Shown one piece after another: positions 30,479 to 42,319 of a DNA stretch of 64,000 bases. This DNA is from Alphaproteobacteria bacterium. Its GTDB lineage: Bacteria > Pseudomonadota > Alphaproteobacteria > UBA828. A model generated the notes under the pieces. The model made no database searches. It had not been told where the DNA came from and saw only the letters and a program-made list of their open reading frames with translations. Made by a program: the position numbers and the translations under genes. The stretch's first letter is position 1. Each line of letters opens with the position of its first letter. The DNA lies in assembly GCA_965220745.1 (NCBI GenBank), contig CBDCQT010000013.1, forward strand, positions 768,001 through 832,000, read 5' to 3'.

Positions 30479-30727
30479 TCAGTGCGGGCCGGTGGCTTTC
30501 CGGACCAGCTTGGCGAAGGCGATCCAGGAGTCCCGGTCGTGCCCGAGACGCCGGTTCATGCCGTCGCACAGATTGAGGGCGTTATCCAGCGTCAGCGCAA
30601 TCAACGTGGTGGGGATGACCTTGTCGAGACTGTCGACCGCGATGACGATGCGGTACATGCCGTCCCCGGGCAGCTCCTCGGGGCAGAACACGTAGTCCGG
30701 ATTGTCCGGCAGCGCTTGAACGGTCAT
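30479..30727 (-). CDS. Small hypothetical protein
   Basis: RBS GGAGA and protein-like composition. Confidence 0.55.
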   Translation of the reverse strand: MTVQALPDNPDYVFCPEELPGDGMYRIVIAVDSLDKVIPTTLIALTLDNALNLCDGMNRRLGHDRDSWIAFAKLVRKATGPH

Positions 30728-30852
30728 GGGAATTCTCCGCTGTTGCGTCGATGCCAGCTTACCCGCCGGCCCGCCCGCGTGCGCTGCCGGGTCGGCGGGT
30801 CAGTTCGGGAGGACAAGATCCGGGGGGCGGGCCCGCCGGGATAGCGGCGAAC

Positions 30853-31563
30853 CTATCGGTCCCTTGCGGAGCTTCTCACCAGGCAGCTGTGGGCAGTGGT
30901 GACGACCTCCACCTGCGGACCGCAGGACTGCAACAGGGACTTCAGTTTCTTCTTGCCGAACTTCGACGGCTCGAAACCGGGCTCGACCTCGCGCAGGCTC
31001 ACGCCCACCAAGCCGATGTCGACCCACCCGTCATTCTTGTCGAGCGAGGCCATGGCAGCGACCAGCAGCGCGACGAAGTCGTCGCGACGCTCAATCTCCG
31101 TGCATGAGACTGCCGCGGGCATTTCGGCGCCGGATATCCCATCGAGGAACGCGAACTCATCGCATGCCTCGGCGAACGCCCTCGGCGTCTTGCGCTCGCC
31201 CATGCCGACGACATGTCGACCGCTCTGGCGCAGGCGGATCGCGAGCGGCGCGAAGTCGCTGTCGCTCGAGACCAAGCAGAAACCCTCGATCCTGGTGTCG
31301 TGCAAGAGGTCCATCGCCGCGATGGTCAGCTCGATGTCGGCTGCATTGCGACCGCCGCCGGCCTGCGGTGTGCGATCAGCCGTGTGAAAGGCGTAGCGCA
31401 CAAGGGCCTTGCCCCACCCGGCAGATGCCGCCGAGCCGAATGCGCGGCGAATCTCGACCCTGCCGTGCTTCGCAGCCTCCGAGAGGATGCGCGGCGCCAG
31501 CGCCGGAGAGACGTTCTCGGCATCCACCAGGACGGCGAGCTGTCGTGGGGCGATGTCGGTCAT
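30853..31563 (-). CDS. NYN (LabA/DUF88) domain protein with C-terminal OST-HTH/LOTUS
   Basis: LAVLVDAEN, NAADIEL.I.AMD, LVSSDSDF.PL, ACDEF, FG.KKL..LL. Confidence 0.9.
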   Translation of the reverse strand: MTDIAPRQLAVLVDAENVSPALAPRILSEAAKHGRVEIRRAFGSAASAGWGKALVRYAFHTADRTPQAGGGRNAADIELTIAAMDLLHDTRIEGFCLVSSDSDFAPLAIRLRQSGRHVVGMGERKTPRAFAEACDEFAFLDGISGAEMPAAVSCTEIERRDDFVALLVAAMASLDKNDGWVDIGLVGVSLREVEPGFEPSKFGKKKLKSLLQSCGPQVEVVTTAHSCLVRSSARDR

Positions 31564-31618
31564 CGTGGGGAACGTGTGCTGCTCGCCATGACGCCCAACG
31601 TCTCCCTCGCTGCGCCGG

Positions 31619-31894
31619 TTACCGGTAGAACTCGACGTAGAACCGCACCCTTCCAACCAGCTCGACCTCGTGCTCGACCTCCGGCTCGACGATGCCGGGA
31701 TGGTCGGGGTTCAGGATCAACTCCTCCGCCGGCGACCGGAGGATACGATAGAGAAGCCTTCCGTCGAGTACCACGATCAGGCCCCAGGTCCCTGCTCTCG
31801 TGCGATGCGATCTCCTGAGACCCGGCGGCACCGTCTCCTCGGTGAACTCCGGGGTGCGCCGGTAAGGGTGGACAATGGCAGGGAGGGATTTCAT
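31619..31894 (-). CDS. DUF1971 (YeaR/TehB N-terminal-like) cupin
   Basis: YRRTPEFTEETVP.GL..SH.TRAGTWG, VEP.VEH.VE, FYVEFY. Confidence 0.85.
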   Translation of the reverse strand: MKSLPAIVHPYRRTPEFTEETVPPGLRRSHRTRAGTWGLIVVLDGRLLYRILRSPAEELILNPDHPGIVEPEVEHEVELVGRVRFYVEFYR

Positions 31895-31909
31895 CGGCCA
31901 AACCACCGA

Positions 31910-32330
31910 TCACGGAGACGGCAAGGCCCGCCGACCCCCGGCTGCATCTGGATCGCCCGCAGCAAAGTCGTCGGGGCGCCGTCGGCCCAACGCGTTCCCT
32001 GCCCCCACTTCCGGCAGCCGGTCGGGCTCCTGTTCATCAGGGGTGCGATCTGGCCCCGCGTGAGCTGCGGCTTCTTGCGCACCTCGCGCGAGGTGGCAGG
32101 CGCATGAACGACATCGGCACCCTCGCCCCTGGCGTTGGGTCAGCGCCTCGCGGATAGACTGAATCAGGTCTTCCTGGGACATGCTCATGATCTTTGCGGC
32201 GCTCATGATCGACGCGACGATGGCTGCCATTGCGCGGCGCGGCAAGGGGCTCAAGTCGGTCCTGGCGGATTTGGCGCAGGCGCGCGGCGCATAGAACAGC
32301 ACCCTGTGCGTTCGCACGATGATAGGGAAA
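31910..32330 (-). pseudogene. Decayed HigB/RelE toxin plus XRE-HTH antitoxin pair
   Basis: Toxin tail AKSARTDLSP...AMAAIVASI. Antitoxin split over frames: MSQEDLIQSIREAL / REVRKK.QLT..QIA.LM..S..G.RKW.QG.R....TLLR. Confidence 0.6.
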
Positions 32331-32435
32331 ATCAATGGCTCGGACACCAGGTATTGGTGGCGACAATTGCGGACCACGAGCGAGCAAGCGTAGAATTTCG
32401 ACAGGCTCGAGTCTCTGCAGGAAGTTGTGCGCACC

Positions 32436-34958
32436 ATGAAATGCATGATTCTGGCGGCCGGCTTGGCGCTTCTCTTGGCGGGCTGCATTCATGATGGAGA
32501 CGGTGTCTCCACGTCCGGAGATACAACCGTCCAGCCGGAGCCCCCGAAGTCGGAAGAGGAGCGGCGGCGGGCTTATGCCGCGCACCCCGAGTTCCGCAGC
32601 CAGTATGCGCTGGATCAGATCAATGCGCACTTTGCCTATGCCCGCGGCGCGACTGGTAAAGGGGTGACACTTGGCATCGTCGACAGCGGCGTCGATCCAA
32701 GTCATCCCAAGTTCGAGGGTAAGCTCGAGTCGAGCAACGTCGAGGGCTACGAGCCCGACTTCGACACCTGCGACAACCCAGCCGCCGACGGCGACTGTCA
32801 CAGCCTGGTCGGGCATGGAACGTTCGTCGCGGGCATTATGGCAGCGAACAGGCGGGCGAGCCCGGACGCGAGCACCGGCAGCGCGTCGGCCATCCACGGG
32901 GTCGCTTTCGACGCTGATGTGATCTCGGTGGGGTTCCGCGATTTGGGCGAAACCCTCGAGGACATCATCGGCGATAACCCCACGCCCGAGCAGATCCGCG
33001 ACCTTCCCGATCTGCTGCGCGACCTCGAGTCCAACATGGAAGAGCAGTTCGCGTCAGCCTTTGAGCGTCTGAACGGGCGGGTAACTGCGGTCAACGCGAG
33101 CTTCGGGCTGCCCGGAAACATCGAGGACTTCGGCGCCGATGAGTTGCGTGCGCGCTTCCCCAACGTGATCGATGCCATCGCGCAGGTCGATACCCCGGCC
33201 GGCGCACGCACGATCTATGTTTGGGCGGCCGGCAACGCTCGCGGCGAGATCAATCTGGACGGCGCCGTCGAGTCCGGCAGTTCCGTCGAGATCGTGGCTG
33301 GGCTTCCGGTCAGGATCCCGGAGTTGCGGGGTCATTCCCTGGCTGTGGTGGCGACGGACCCACAGGGGAGCATCGCGGGTTTCTCAAATCTTTGCGGCAT
33401 CGCGAAGGAGTTCTGCCTGGCGGCGCCGGGTGTGGACATTACCGGCCCTGTGCCGAGCTTCTATTGCCCGTCCGGCAGCGGGGAGTGCTATCTCACCTTC
33501 GAAGAGGCCGGCACGTCGTCGGCCGCACCGTTCGTGACGGGCGGGATCGGTCTGCTCGCGCAGCATTACCGCAACCAGCTCGGCAACGACGAGATCGTTG
33601 AGCGCATGCTCGCGACCGCCGATCGGACGGGTGAGTATGCCGACTCGGACCTGTATGGCCGGGGCTTCCTCGACCTCGACGCCGCGACGCGTCCGGTGGG
33701 CGAGACGCGGATGCTGACCGGCCGCTTGCTGTCCGGTCCCTCGGCGCCGAGCGCCGCCAGCGTATTCCACCTGGGCGGCGCGTACGGGGATTCGCTCGCG
33801 CGGGGGTTCGCGTCGCGGGAGGTCGCAAGCTTCGACGACCTGGACGCGCCGTTCTTCCGCCCGCTTGGCGACTACCTCGGGCCCAGCCGGTCTTCCATGT
33901 TCGGGCTCGAAGAACGCCTTAGAACACTGGGGCGCGATCCACGCGGCCCAAGGTGGCGCATGAATGACACCGAGTTCCGACTGCGCCTCGATGCTGTGGC
34001 GACGTCTCATGACTTCGGTGGCGTGCAAGGTTCGGACTTCCGCAATAAGGCGGACGCGTCCGGCTCGCTCGGCTCGTTGTCGCTCGCTCAGGAGCTCGGA
34101 GGCGGTCGGCTGCTGTTCGGATACCGCGCCCACCCGGGCTGGCAGTTCGGGCTCCATGCCGGCAACGGCAAGGCGGGTGAAGGATCCGGATCGATCGATC
34201 CGGGCGTGTTCGCCGATGAGGGCGCATTCGCCAATCCGTTCCTTGAGTTTGCCCGCGACGGCGCCAGCATCGGCTACGGGGCGTCCCTCGGCGCGGCTTG
34301 GTTCCGTATCGCGGCTTTCCATGGCAATGCACAGTATGGGGAACTGCGCGACCCCGATGCGGGCCAAGCCACGGGTGCGTTGACCGAGTACCGCTTCGGC
34401 CGGTCCGGCCTCACCGTGCAGGCGGGGTGGCTCTCGGAAGCCGAGGCGGCGGTGGGCGGGCGGTCGAGCGGGGCGTTCGGCGAGATCGCTGCGGACTCCG
34501 TCATCGCGGGGCTCTCGGCGCGTCGTTCACTTGGCGCCGGCTGGACTCTGCTCGCCGGCGCCCATGCGGGCATGAGCCGCGCCGGGATGCAAGGGCATGG
34601 CATGGTACGCGACCCATCGGTGCTGTGGACCGGTTCGTTCGCTCTGGGTCTCGTCGGCGAAAGTATGGATCGTGCCGGAGGACGGTGGGGATTCCGGCTG
34701 TCTCAGCCGCTACGCGTGGAGGCGGGTCATGCGCAGCTGCGGTGGGTGTCGGGCCGCACTCCCGACGGACGGGTCACGGTCGAGCAGGCCACCCTGGACC
34801 TGGAGCCCTCGGGCCGTCAGCTGGATCTGGAACTGATCTACTCCCGTCCGTGGGCAGGCGGACGGGCGCATCTAGCCGCTATCGTCACGCGCGACGCAGG
34901 ACACGTCCAGGGCGAGCACGAAGCCGCACTGCTGATGCGCTACAGCCGCTCCTTCTGA
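32436..34958 (+). CDS. S8 subtilase lipoprotein with C-terminal beta-rich (autotransporter-like) region
   Basis: Lipobox LLAGC, triad IVDSG / GHGTFVAG / GTSSAAP, oxyanion AAGN, terminal Phe. Confidence 0.92.
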   Translation: MKCMILAAGLALLLAGCIHDGDGVSTSGDTTVQPEPPKSEEERRRAYAAHPEFRSQYALDQINAHFAYARGATGKGVTLGIVDSGVDPSHPKFEGKLESSNVEGYEPDFDTCDNPAADGDCHSLVGHGTFVAGIMAANRRASPDASTGSASAIHGVAFDADVISVGFRDLGETLEDIIGDNPTPEQIRDLPDLLRDLESNMEEQFASAFERLNGRVTAVNASFGLPGNIEDFGADELRARFPNVIDAIAQVDTPAGARTIYVWAAGNARGEINLDGAVESGSSVEIVAGLPVRIPELRGHSLAVVATDPQGSIAGFSNLCGIAKEFCLAAPGVDITGPVPSFYCPSGSGECYLTFEEAGTSSAAPFVTGGIGLLAQHYRNQLGNDEIVERMLATADRTGEYADSDLYGRGFLDLDAATRPVGETRMLTGRLLSGPSAPSAASVFHLGGAYGDSLARGFASREVASFDDLDAPFFRPLGDYLGPSRSSMFGLEERLRTLGRDPRGPRWRMNDTEFRLRLDAVATSHDFGGVQGSDFRNKADASGSLGSLSLAQELGGGRLLFGYRAHPGWQFGLHAGNGKAGEGSGSIDPGVFADEGAFANPFLEFARDGASIGYGASLGAAWFRIAAFHGNAQYGELRDPDAGQATGALTEYRFGRSGLTVQAGWLSEAEAAVGGRSSGAFGEIAADSVIAGLSARRSLGAGWTLLAGAHAGMSRAGMQGHGMVRDPSVLWTGSFALGLVGESMDRAGGRWGFRLSQPLRVEAGHAQLRWVSGRTPDGRVTVEQATLDLEPSGRQLDLELIYSRPWAGGRAHLAAIVTRDAGHVQGEHEAALLMRYSRSF

Positions 34959-35225
34959 ATCGGCGAGGTACTCAGCCTTCGCGAGGTCCGTGACCGAAGC
35001 GAAGCTTCGGGCGGATGGCATGCCCGACAAAGGGATGCTTGCAGGGCAGACGAGCGCTCCTGTGGCGATGTGCATCGTCGAATCTGCGGCTCGAGGCTTC
35101 TGAAGGGTTGCAGCGGCATGGGTATGCTACGCGGCGAGGGCAGCCCGGACCGGCAAGGCCTTCGCCGACTGAACTCGGCGCCCCGCCGGCCGAGCGAACG
35201 GCAACGCGAGCCACTCTGGCGGCGG

Positions 35226-36269
<1,044 letters not shown>

Positions 36270-36689
36270 CTACGCCTCCCGAACGGCGACGCGTCGCAGA
36301 AGCCGCGTCCGACGCCCACAGGCTCAAGGCTCCTGAGGCCGTATCGCCGTATCCGGGCTCCTAGACCGATTCGCGGCATCCTGGCAAGCAGTGCGTCTCG
36401 CCCGGCGGGCAAGGTGCACCAGGATGCGCATGGAGATGGCATCTCGATGCTGGCGCTGCCGTGGTGTCTGCTGCAACGCAAAGCAGGCGACGATGCCCGC
36501 GACAATTCGCACTTTGGACATTCACAACGAGCACCCGATCTCTCTCTCGCAGCCACCTGCGAACCGGGGGAGGAAGAATGTTCTTGCTTCTGGAGACGGT
36601 AAGCGGCATGGAGGCGCCACCCGGTATCGACTGACGTTTGCGCTATGCCAACGAGCGAGCACCGGTCCATATCCATTAGGAGGATGTTG

Positions 36690-37142
36690 ATGATTTCGAT
36701 GAAGATCAACGGGGTCAGCCGCCAGTTCCACGGCGATCCCGACATGCCGCTCCTCTGGTATGTCCGGGACGAGCTCGGACTGACAGGGACCAAGTTCGGC
36801 TGCGGCGCTGCGCTCTGCGGCGCGTGCACCATGCACGTGGACGGCGAGGCGGTCCGCTCCTGTGTCACGGCGGTATCGGAAGCCGACGGGAGCGAGGTGA
36901 CCACCATCGAGGGTCTCGATGCCGACGGCAACCACCCGGTGCAGCGGGCGTGGCGCGCGCACAACGTGCCGCAGTGCGGCTACTGCCAATCCGGCCAGAT
37001 CATGTCGGCGGCGGCGCTGCTCAACGAAAACCCCGACCCCAGCGACGAAGAGATCGTTGACGGCATGGCCGGCAACATCTGTCGCTGCGGCACCTACCAG
37101 CGGATCTTCTCTGCGGTCCGCACAGCGGCGCAGGAGGTCTGA
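36690..37142 (+). CDS. iorA: (2Fe-2S)-binding subunit, second copy
   Basis: GTKFGCG...[19 protein letters not shown]. Confidence 0.92.
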   Translation: MISMKINGVSRQFHGDPDMPLLWYVRDELGLTGTKFGCGAALCGACTMHVDGEAVRSCVTAVSEADGSEVTTIEGLDADGNHPVQRAWRAHNVPQCGYCQSGQIMSAAALLNENPDPSDEEIVDGMAGNICRCGTYQRIFSAVRTAAQEV

Positions 37143-37144
37143 TC

Positions 37145-39439
37145 ATGCTAGGCGTGCAGAACATCAGCCGGCGCACCTTCCTGAAGTCCGCCGGCGTCAC
37201 GGGTGCGCTCGTGCTCGGCGCCAACGTCGCCACCGGTTCCATGATCGGGACGGCGCGCGGCCAGAGCAACGGCAGCTCGGTCAAGCCCAACCTCTTCGTC
37301 GAGATTGCCGACGACGGGACGGTGACCATCACGTGCAGCCGCTCCGAGATGGGGCAAGGCGTGCGCACCGGCATCCCCATGATCCTGGCGGACGAGATGG
37401 AGGCCGACTGGCAGCGGGTCAAGATCTGGCAGGCGCCGGGCGACGAGACCAAGTACGACCCTGCCGGTAAGGATGCACAGAACACCGACGGCTCGCGCAG
37501 CACCCGCCACCACTTCGACGTGATGCGGCAGCTTGGCGCCGCCGGCCGCTACGTGCTTGAGCAGGCGGCGGCGAAGAAGTGGGGCGTCGACGCGAGCGAG
37601 GTCTATGCCAAGGATCACCGCCTCTACCACACCGGCACGGGCCAGTGGTTCGACTTCGGCGAGGTGGTGGACGCCGCAGCCGACATCGCGGTGCCGACCG
37701 GCGACGCCGCGCCGAAGCTCAAGGACAAGTCGCAGTGGAAGTACATCGGCCGCGACATGCCGGTGGTCGACAACTATGACATGAGCACTGGCGGCGGGAC
37801 CTACGGCGCCGACATCAGCGTGCCCGGCATGAAGATCGCCGTCGTGGCGCGCCCGCCAGTCTATCGCGGCAAGGCGAAGTCCTTCGACGCCAGCGAGGCG
37901 CTCAAGGTTCAGGGCGTCGAGCAGGTGATCGAGATTCCGGCGCTTTCCGACGCCATGCCGGCGCAGTTCCGTGCGCTCGGCGGCATCGCCGTGATCGGCA
38001 CCAACACGTGGTCGGTGATGGAGGGCCGCGACAGGCTCGTCATCGAGTGGGAGGACGGCCCCAACGTCAGGCATGATTCGGGCACCTACAACGAAGAGCT
38101 CATGGCCTCGGCGCGCGCCGGCGGCCTCGTCATCCGTGACCGGGGCAACGTCGACGAGGCGCTCGGCTCGGCCGCCCAAGTGATGGAGGCCGAGTACTTC
38201 GTGCCCTACTTCATCCACACGCCGATGGAGCCGCCGGTTGCCCTGGTAGACGCCACACAGATGCCGGTCAAGATCGTGAGCTCCACGCAGGCACCCAACG
38301 AGACGCGGCAGTATGTTGCGGAGGCGCTCGGCATCGAGAAGACCGACGTGGAATGCCAGGTGACGCTGCTGGGCGGCGGCTTCGGCCGCAAGTCGAAGCC
38401 CGACTTCGCCTGCGAGGCGGCGATCCTTTCCAGCAAGATCGGCGCCCCGGTGCGGGTGCAGTGGACGCGCGAGGACGAGATCCGGCACGGCTACTATCAC
38501 GCGGCATCCGCCCACACGCTGAAGGCGGGGCTCGACGCATCCGGCAACGTCACGGCGTGGCATCACTCGGGTGCGTGGCCCTCGCTCGTCTCACTCTGGA
38601 ACCCGGTACAGCGGACCGGCTTTCCCGTCGAGTTCGGACTCGGCCTCATCGACACACCCTATAACCAAGTGCCGAACATCCGCATCGAGAACGGCGAGAC
38701 CGACGCCATGATCCGGGTCGGCTGGTACCGCTCGGTCAACAACATCCAGCACGCCTTCGCGATGAACTGCTTCGCGAACGAGCTGGCGGAGGCGGCAGGC
38801 CGCGACCCGGTCGAGTTCCTGCTGGAGCTGATCGGCGATGCCGACGTCATGGACCTCACGGCGGACGGCGTGGAAGGCCACTGGAACTATGGCGATTCGA
38901 TCGAGGACTGGCCGATCATGCCGAAGCGGCTTTCCAACGTGCTCCGTGTGGTGGCGGAGAAGTCGGGCTACGGCAAGGCGATGCCGCCAGGCCACGGCTT
39001 AGGCATCGCGTGCCACCGCAGCTTCCACAGCTACGTGGGCACGGCCGTGCACGTCGTGGTGCGGGAGGACGGCTCGCTCCACATCCCGCAGGTTGACATG
39101 GCGATCGACTGCGGCCGCTACGTCAATCCTGAAGGGGTGCGGAAGCAGATGGAGGGTGCGGCCATCTACGGCCACTCGGTCGCGATGCACGGGCAGATCA
39201 CCACCACGCAGGGGGCGGTCGACCAGAGCAACTTCCACGACTACACCGTCACCCGCATGGACGATGCGCCTCTCGATGTGCGCGTGCACATCGTCGAGGA
39301 TTTCACGCATCTGAAGCCCTGCGGGGTGGGCGAGCCCGGCGTGCCGCCCTATACGCCGGCGCTGGTCAACGCGATCTACCAGGCGACCGGCAAGCGCATC
39401 CGCAGGCTGCCGATCGGCGATCAGCTCGAGTCTGCGTAG
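37145..39439 (+). CDS. iorB: IorB-type molybdopterin subunit, second copy
   Basis: SRRTFLK, EMGQG, PMEP, GGGFGRK, WTREDE, WYRSV, GVGEP. Confidence 0.9.
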   Translation: MLGVQNISRRTFLKSAGVTGALVLGANVATGSMIGTARGQSNGSSVKPNLFVEIADDGTVTITCSRSEMGQGVRTGIPMILADEMEADWQRVKIWQAPGDETKYDPAGKDAQNTDGSRSTRHHFDVMRQLGAAGRYVLEQAAAKKWGVDASEVYAKDHRLYHTGTGQWFDFGEVVDAAADIAVPTGDAAPKLKDKSQWKYIGRDMPVVDNYDMSTGGGTYGADISVPGMKIAVVARPPVYRGKAKSFDASEALKVQGVEQVIEIPALSDAMPAQFRALGGIAVIGTNTWSVMEGRDRLVIEWEDGPNVRHDSGTYNEELMASARAGGLVIRDRGNVDEALGSAAQVMEAEYFVPYFIHTPMEPPVALVDATQMPVKIVSSTQAPNETRQYVAEALGIEKTDVECQVTLLGGGFGRKSKPDFACEAAILSSKIGAPVRVQWTREDEIRHGYYHAASAHTLKAGLDASGNVTAWHHSGAWPSLVSLWNPVQRTGFPVEFGLGLIDTPYNQVPNIRIENGETDAMIRVGWYRSVNNIQHAFAMNCFANELAEAAGRDPVEFLLELIGDADVMDLTADGVEGHWNYGDSIEDWPIMPKRLSNVLRVVAEKSGYGKAMPPGHGLGIACHRSFHSYVGTAVHVVVREDGSLHIPQVDMAIDCGRYVNPEGVRKQMEGAAIYGHSVAMHGQITTTQGAVDQSNFHDYTVTRMDDAPLDVRVHIVEDFTHLKPCGVGEPGVPPYTPALVNAIYQATGKRIRRLPIGDQLESA

Positions 39440-39452
39440 CGCCGCGGACGAC

Positions 39453-39487
39453 GGGACGGCGAGGGATCCGAGTTCCCTCACCGTCCC
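39453..39487. terminator. GC-rich hairpin between convergent genes
   Basis: GGGACGG-C-GAGGGA ... TCCCTC-A-CCGTCCC. Confidence 0.55.
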
Positions 39488-39526
39488 CGAGCCCGTTCGC
39501 TCAAGCAGGCGGCGGCGTCCGCCGCC

Positions 39527-39916
39527 TCACTCGGCGCCGGTGGCTTCCTTGAGATAGGCGATCAGATCCTGGCGGTCTTTCTCTTTCCTGACGCCCCTGA
39601 ACACCATCTTGTTCTTCGGAACGTAGCCCTTGGGGTCGGCGATGAAGGCGTCCATGGTCTCTTCGTCCCAGACGATCGCCGCGTCTCTCAATGCGTCCGA
39701 GTATTTCCTGAAGCCCTCGGCCGTACCGGAAGTCAGGCCGAAAACGCCGTAGAGGTTCGGGCCGGCCTTGTGCTTCCCGCCTTCCTCGACGGTATGGCAG
39801 GCCTTGCACTTTCGGAAGACCTTCTCGCCGTTCCTGGCATCGGCGGCAATGGCGGACGCGTTCGCCGCCAATATGAAGGTAGCGAGGGCAATGGCGAGAA
39901 CATGTCCTGTGCGCAC
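39527..39916 (-). CDS. Class I cytochrome c (c2/c550-like)
   Basis: GTG start after GAGGAGGAG, signal peptide, CKACH, GPNLYGV, P.NKM.F. Confidence 0.93.
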   Translation of the reverse strand: MRTGHVLAIALATFILAANASAIAADARNGEKVFRKCKACHTVEEGGKHKAGPNLYGVFGLTSGTAEGFRKYSDALRDAAIVWDEETMDAFIADPKGYVPKNKMVFRGVRKEKDRQDLIAYLKEATGAE

Positions 39917-40239
39917 AGTCTCCTCCTCCGGTACCGTCCCGGCCGGGCAGTGAGCGTTTGAACCATACGCCGGATTCGATCCTGCAATCAACGATCCCTG
40001 GCATCCTGGCCGAGTTCTCGTGGGCAGCAGAACACGGACGAGGTGCCCGCGTCTCCCTCCAACATGAATCAGTCGGTTCGGCGTCGGGTTGCTCCTGCCA
40101 GCAAGGCCCGGAAACTTGCCTGCGAGCAAGCGACGGGCGATGCTTGCGCCCGTAGAGGCGACCGTAGCGAATACCGTCGAGGCCGGTCTATTCCGCGCCA
40201 TGCCGTAGGCGCCGCCGACTTGCCGACGAGGTCAGGAGA

Positions 40240-40767
40240 ATGCAGCTTACGCGATACAGCGACTATGCGGTGCGGGTACTCATGTACCTGGCGCTCAACG
40301 GTCACCGCCGCTGTACGACCCGGGAGATCGCCGACGCCTATGGCGTCTCGGAGAGCCACCTCACGAAAGTGATCCATCACTTGGGCGAAAGCGGTTTCAT
40401 CACGACGATCAGAGGCGAGGGCGGTGGCCTGGAGATGGCGAGACCGGCGAGCGGGATCAACCTCGGCGCCATTTACCGCGAGTTCGAGCCCAACTTCGAG
40501 TTGGCAGAGTGCTTCGCAGGCAAAGAAAGGTGCGCCTGTCCGATCGCAGGATTCTGCGAGCTGACGCGCGCGTTGGAATTGGCCCTGCAGGCGTTCCTCG
40601 ACGTCCTGGACCGGCACACGCTGGAGGACCTCCTGAAAGCGGCGCCCGTGCTGAAGGGCATATTGATCGGCAATGAGGAGGACGGGCCCCGGCGCGTCAG
40701 CGCTCGAGGGACGCCAACGCGTCGGCCCGTGTCGGGTGGATCTCCACGACCTTGTCGAATCCGCTGA
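40240..40767 (+). CDS. Rrf2-family regulator, NsrR-like
   Basis: MQLTRYSDYAVRVLMYL, HLTKV, RG.GGG, Cys cluster ECF...C.I...C. Confidence 0.88.
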   Translation: MQLTRYSDYAVRVLMYLALNGHRRCTTREIADAYGVSESHLTKVIHHLGESGFITTIRGEGGGLEMARPASGINLGAIYREFEPNFELAECFAGKERCACPIAGFCELTRALELALQAFLDVLDRHTLEDLLKAAPVLKGILIGNEEDGPRRVSARGTPTRRPVSGGSPRPCRIR

Positions 40768-41035
40768 TCTCGAAGACCTGCCGGACGGCGTTCGACGGCG
40801 CGTATAGCGAGAACGCATCATCCTGTTTTCGGAGGCGCTTGGCTGTCATCAGGACGGCTCGAAGGCCGGCGCTGCCGATATACGAGACCCGCTCGAAGTC
40901 CAGGACCGCCGACCGGTCGTCGGCCCCGGTCGCGGTTTCGATCGCCACGGCGAACTCCGTACTGCTGGCACCGTCGATGCGACCGCTCGCGCGAACACAA
41001 AGCACGCCGTCCTGCCTGTCGGTGTTGATCTCCAT
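40697..41035 (-). CDS. STAS anti-sigma-factor antagonist
   Basis: GRIDG, LDF..VSYIGSAGLR, VFEISGF. Confidence 0.9.
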   Translation of the reverse strand: MEINTDRQDGVLCVRASGRIDGASSTEFAVAIETATGADDRSAVLDFERVSYIGSAGLRAVLMTAKRLRKQDDAFSLYAPSNAVRQVFEISGFDKVVEIHPTRADALASLER

Positions 41036-41197
41036 ACCCAGAGCTCCCCGCCCTCGCGCGTCTCTGCCGCGGGCTCCGTCGAGGAGGCCGCCCTTCAGCG
41101 CCCGACCATCGTGCACGATTAATCGCCGGATGCCCGGCGACGAGCGGCCAGCCGGCGCATGCCGCCGCGTTCATCCGCTTCCCCGGCTTCTAGGCGG

Positions 41198-42151
41198 TCA
41201 CGGTTCGTCCCAACCTCCCGCCCGGTGCTTCGACGCCCCGCCGAAGAAGGCGAGGCATGCCTTTGCCAGGCGTCTCTTCCGCCCCTTGGCCGTGAGCTCT
41301 GCATGAAAGCACAAGCCGGTCTCGATGAAGTCGCCGGCCAGCATGACCAGAGTGCCGGCCTCCACATGCCGCCCGATGAGGTGTCGCCAGCCGAGCACGA
41401 TTCCGCGGCCGGCAACGGCCGCTTCCAGCGCATGGGTGTGGCCCTCTGCCGTCTCGTACCGGGGTCCGCGCACTGGCCGGCCCTTGGCTTCGAACCAGCG
41501 TGCCCAAGTCGCCCCGCCCTCGCCGGAACCCCCAAGTTCGAGGAGGGTCAAATCGGTCCAGCCGGCCACAGGCCCATCCAAGACTTGTGCATGAGCCGCG
41601 GCATAGCCCGGCGAGCAGAAGGCGCCGATCGCCTCCCTGGCAACTACAACGCAGTGTTTGGACGCGACAATCTCCGCATCCCAGGCCAGGGTCACGTCGG
41701 CAGACATCTCGGTCGGCGACGACGTCGCGAGACCGTCGCTATGGGCGAGGATGCGGATCCGGACCTCCTCCCCGAGCGCCGCCCTCAGCGCATCGAACCG
41801 CTGCATTACGAACAGATGCGATACCTCATCCGGGCAGGCGATCGCCACCTCCGGCGGGCCTGTGCCCGAGAGGGCTGCAGCCTCGGCAGCTCCCTCATGA
41901 AGCGCCCTGAGGCCTACAAGGACGGCCTCGTGATAACGCTGCCCCGCATCTGTCAGGCTCACTCCGACGCGGGAGCGATCGAACAGCCGTTCGGACAGAT
42001 GCTTCTCGAGACTCGCGATGTAGCGGCTGATCGCGGACTGCGAAGTGTGCAACTCCCGCGCTGCATGCGAGAAGTTGCCATGCCTCGCAGCGCTCTCGAA
42101 GGCGATCAGGGCGCTCATAGGCGGAATTCGGTAGGGGCCGCGATCGATCAT
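41198..42151 (-). CDS. LysR (GcvA-like) regulator
   Basis: PPMSALIAFESAARHGNFSHAAREL.TSQSAISR. Confidence 0.9.
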   Translation of the reverse strand: MIDRGPYRIPPMSALIAFESAARHGNFSHAARELHTSQSAISRYIASLEKHLSERLFDRSRVGVSLTDAGQRYHEAVLVGLRALHEGAAEAAALSGTGPPEVAIACPDEVSHLFVMQRFDALRAALGEEVRIRILAHSDGLATSSPTEMSADVTLAWDAEIVASKHCVVVAREAIGAFCSPGYAAAHAQVLDGPVAGWTDLTLLELGGSGEGGATWARWFEAKGRPVRGPRYETAEGHTHALEAAVAGRGIVLGWRHLIGRHVEAGTLVMLAGDFIETGLCFHAELTAKGRKRRLAKACLAFFGGASKHRAGGWDEP

Positions 42152-42319
42152 GGTCCCGGCGGTGCGCTTACCTTTCATTATCCGGTTCGAGCTCCGTCTC
42201 AAGCGGTGCTGTTCTTACCGTGGCCGTGCGATCCTCCCCGGCGGGCGTTGCCGGCCGCACGCCCGGCCTCGCCGGCAGCTGTGCGGACGGTATGCAGGTC
42301 GCGATCGACGCTCGAGGCC

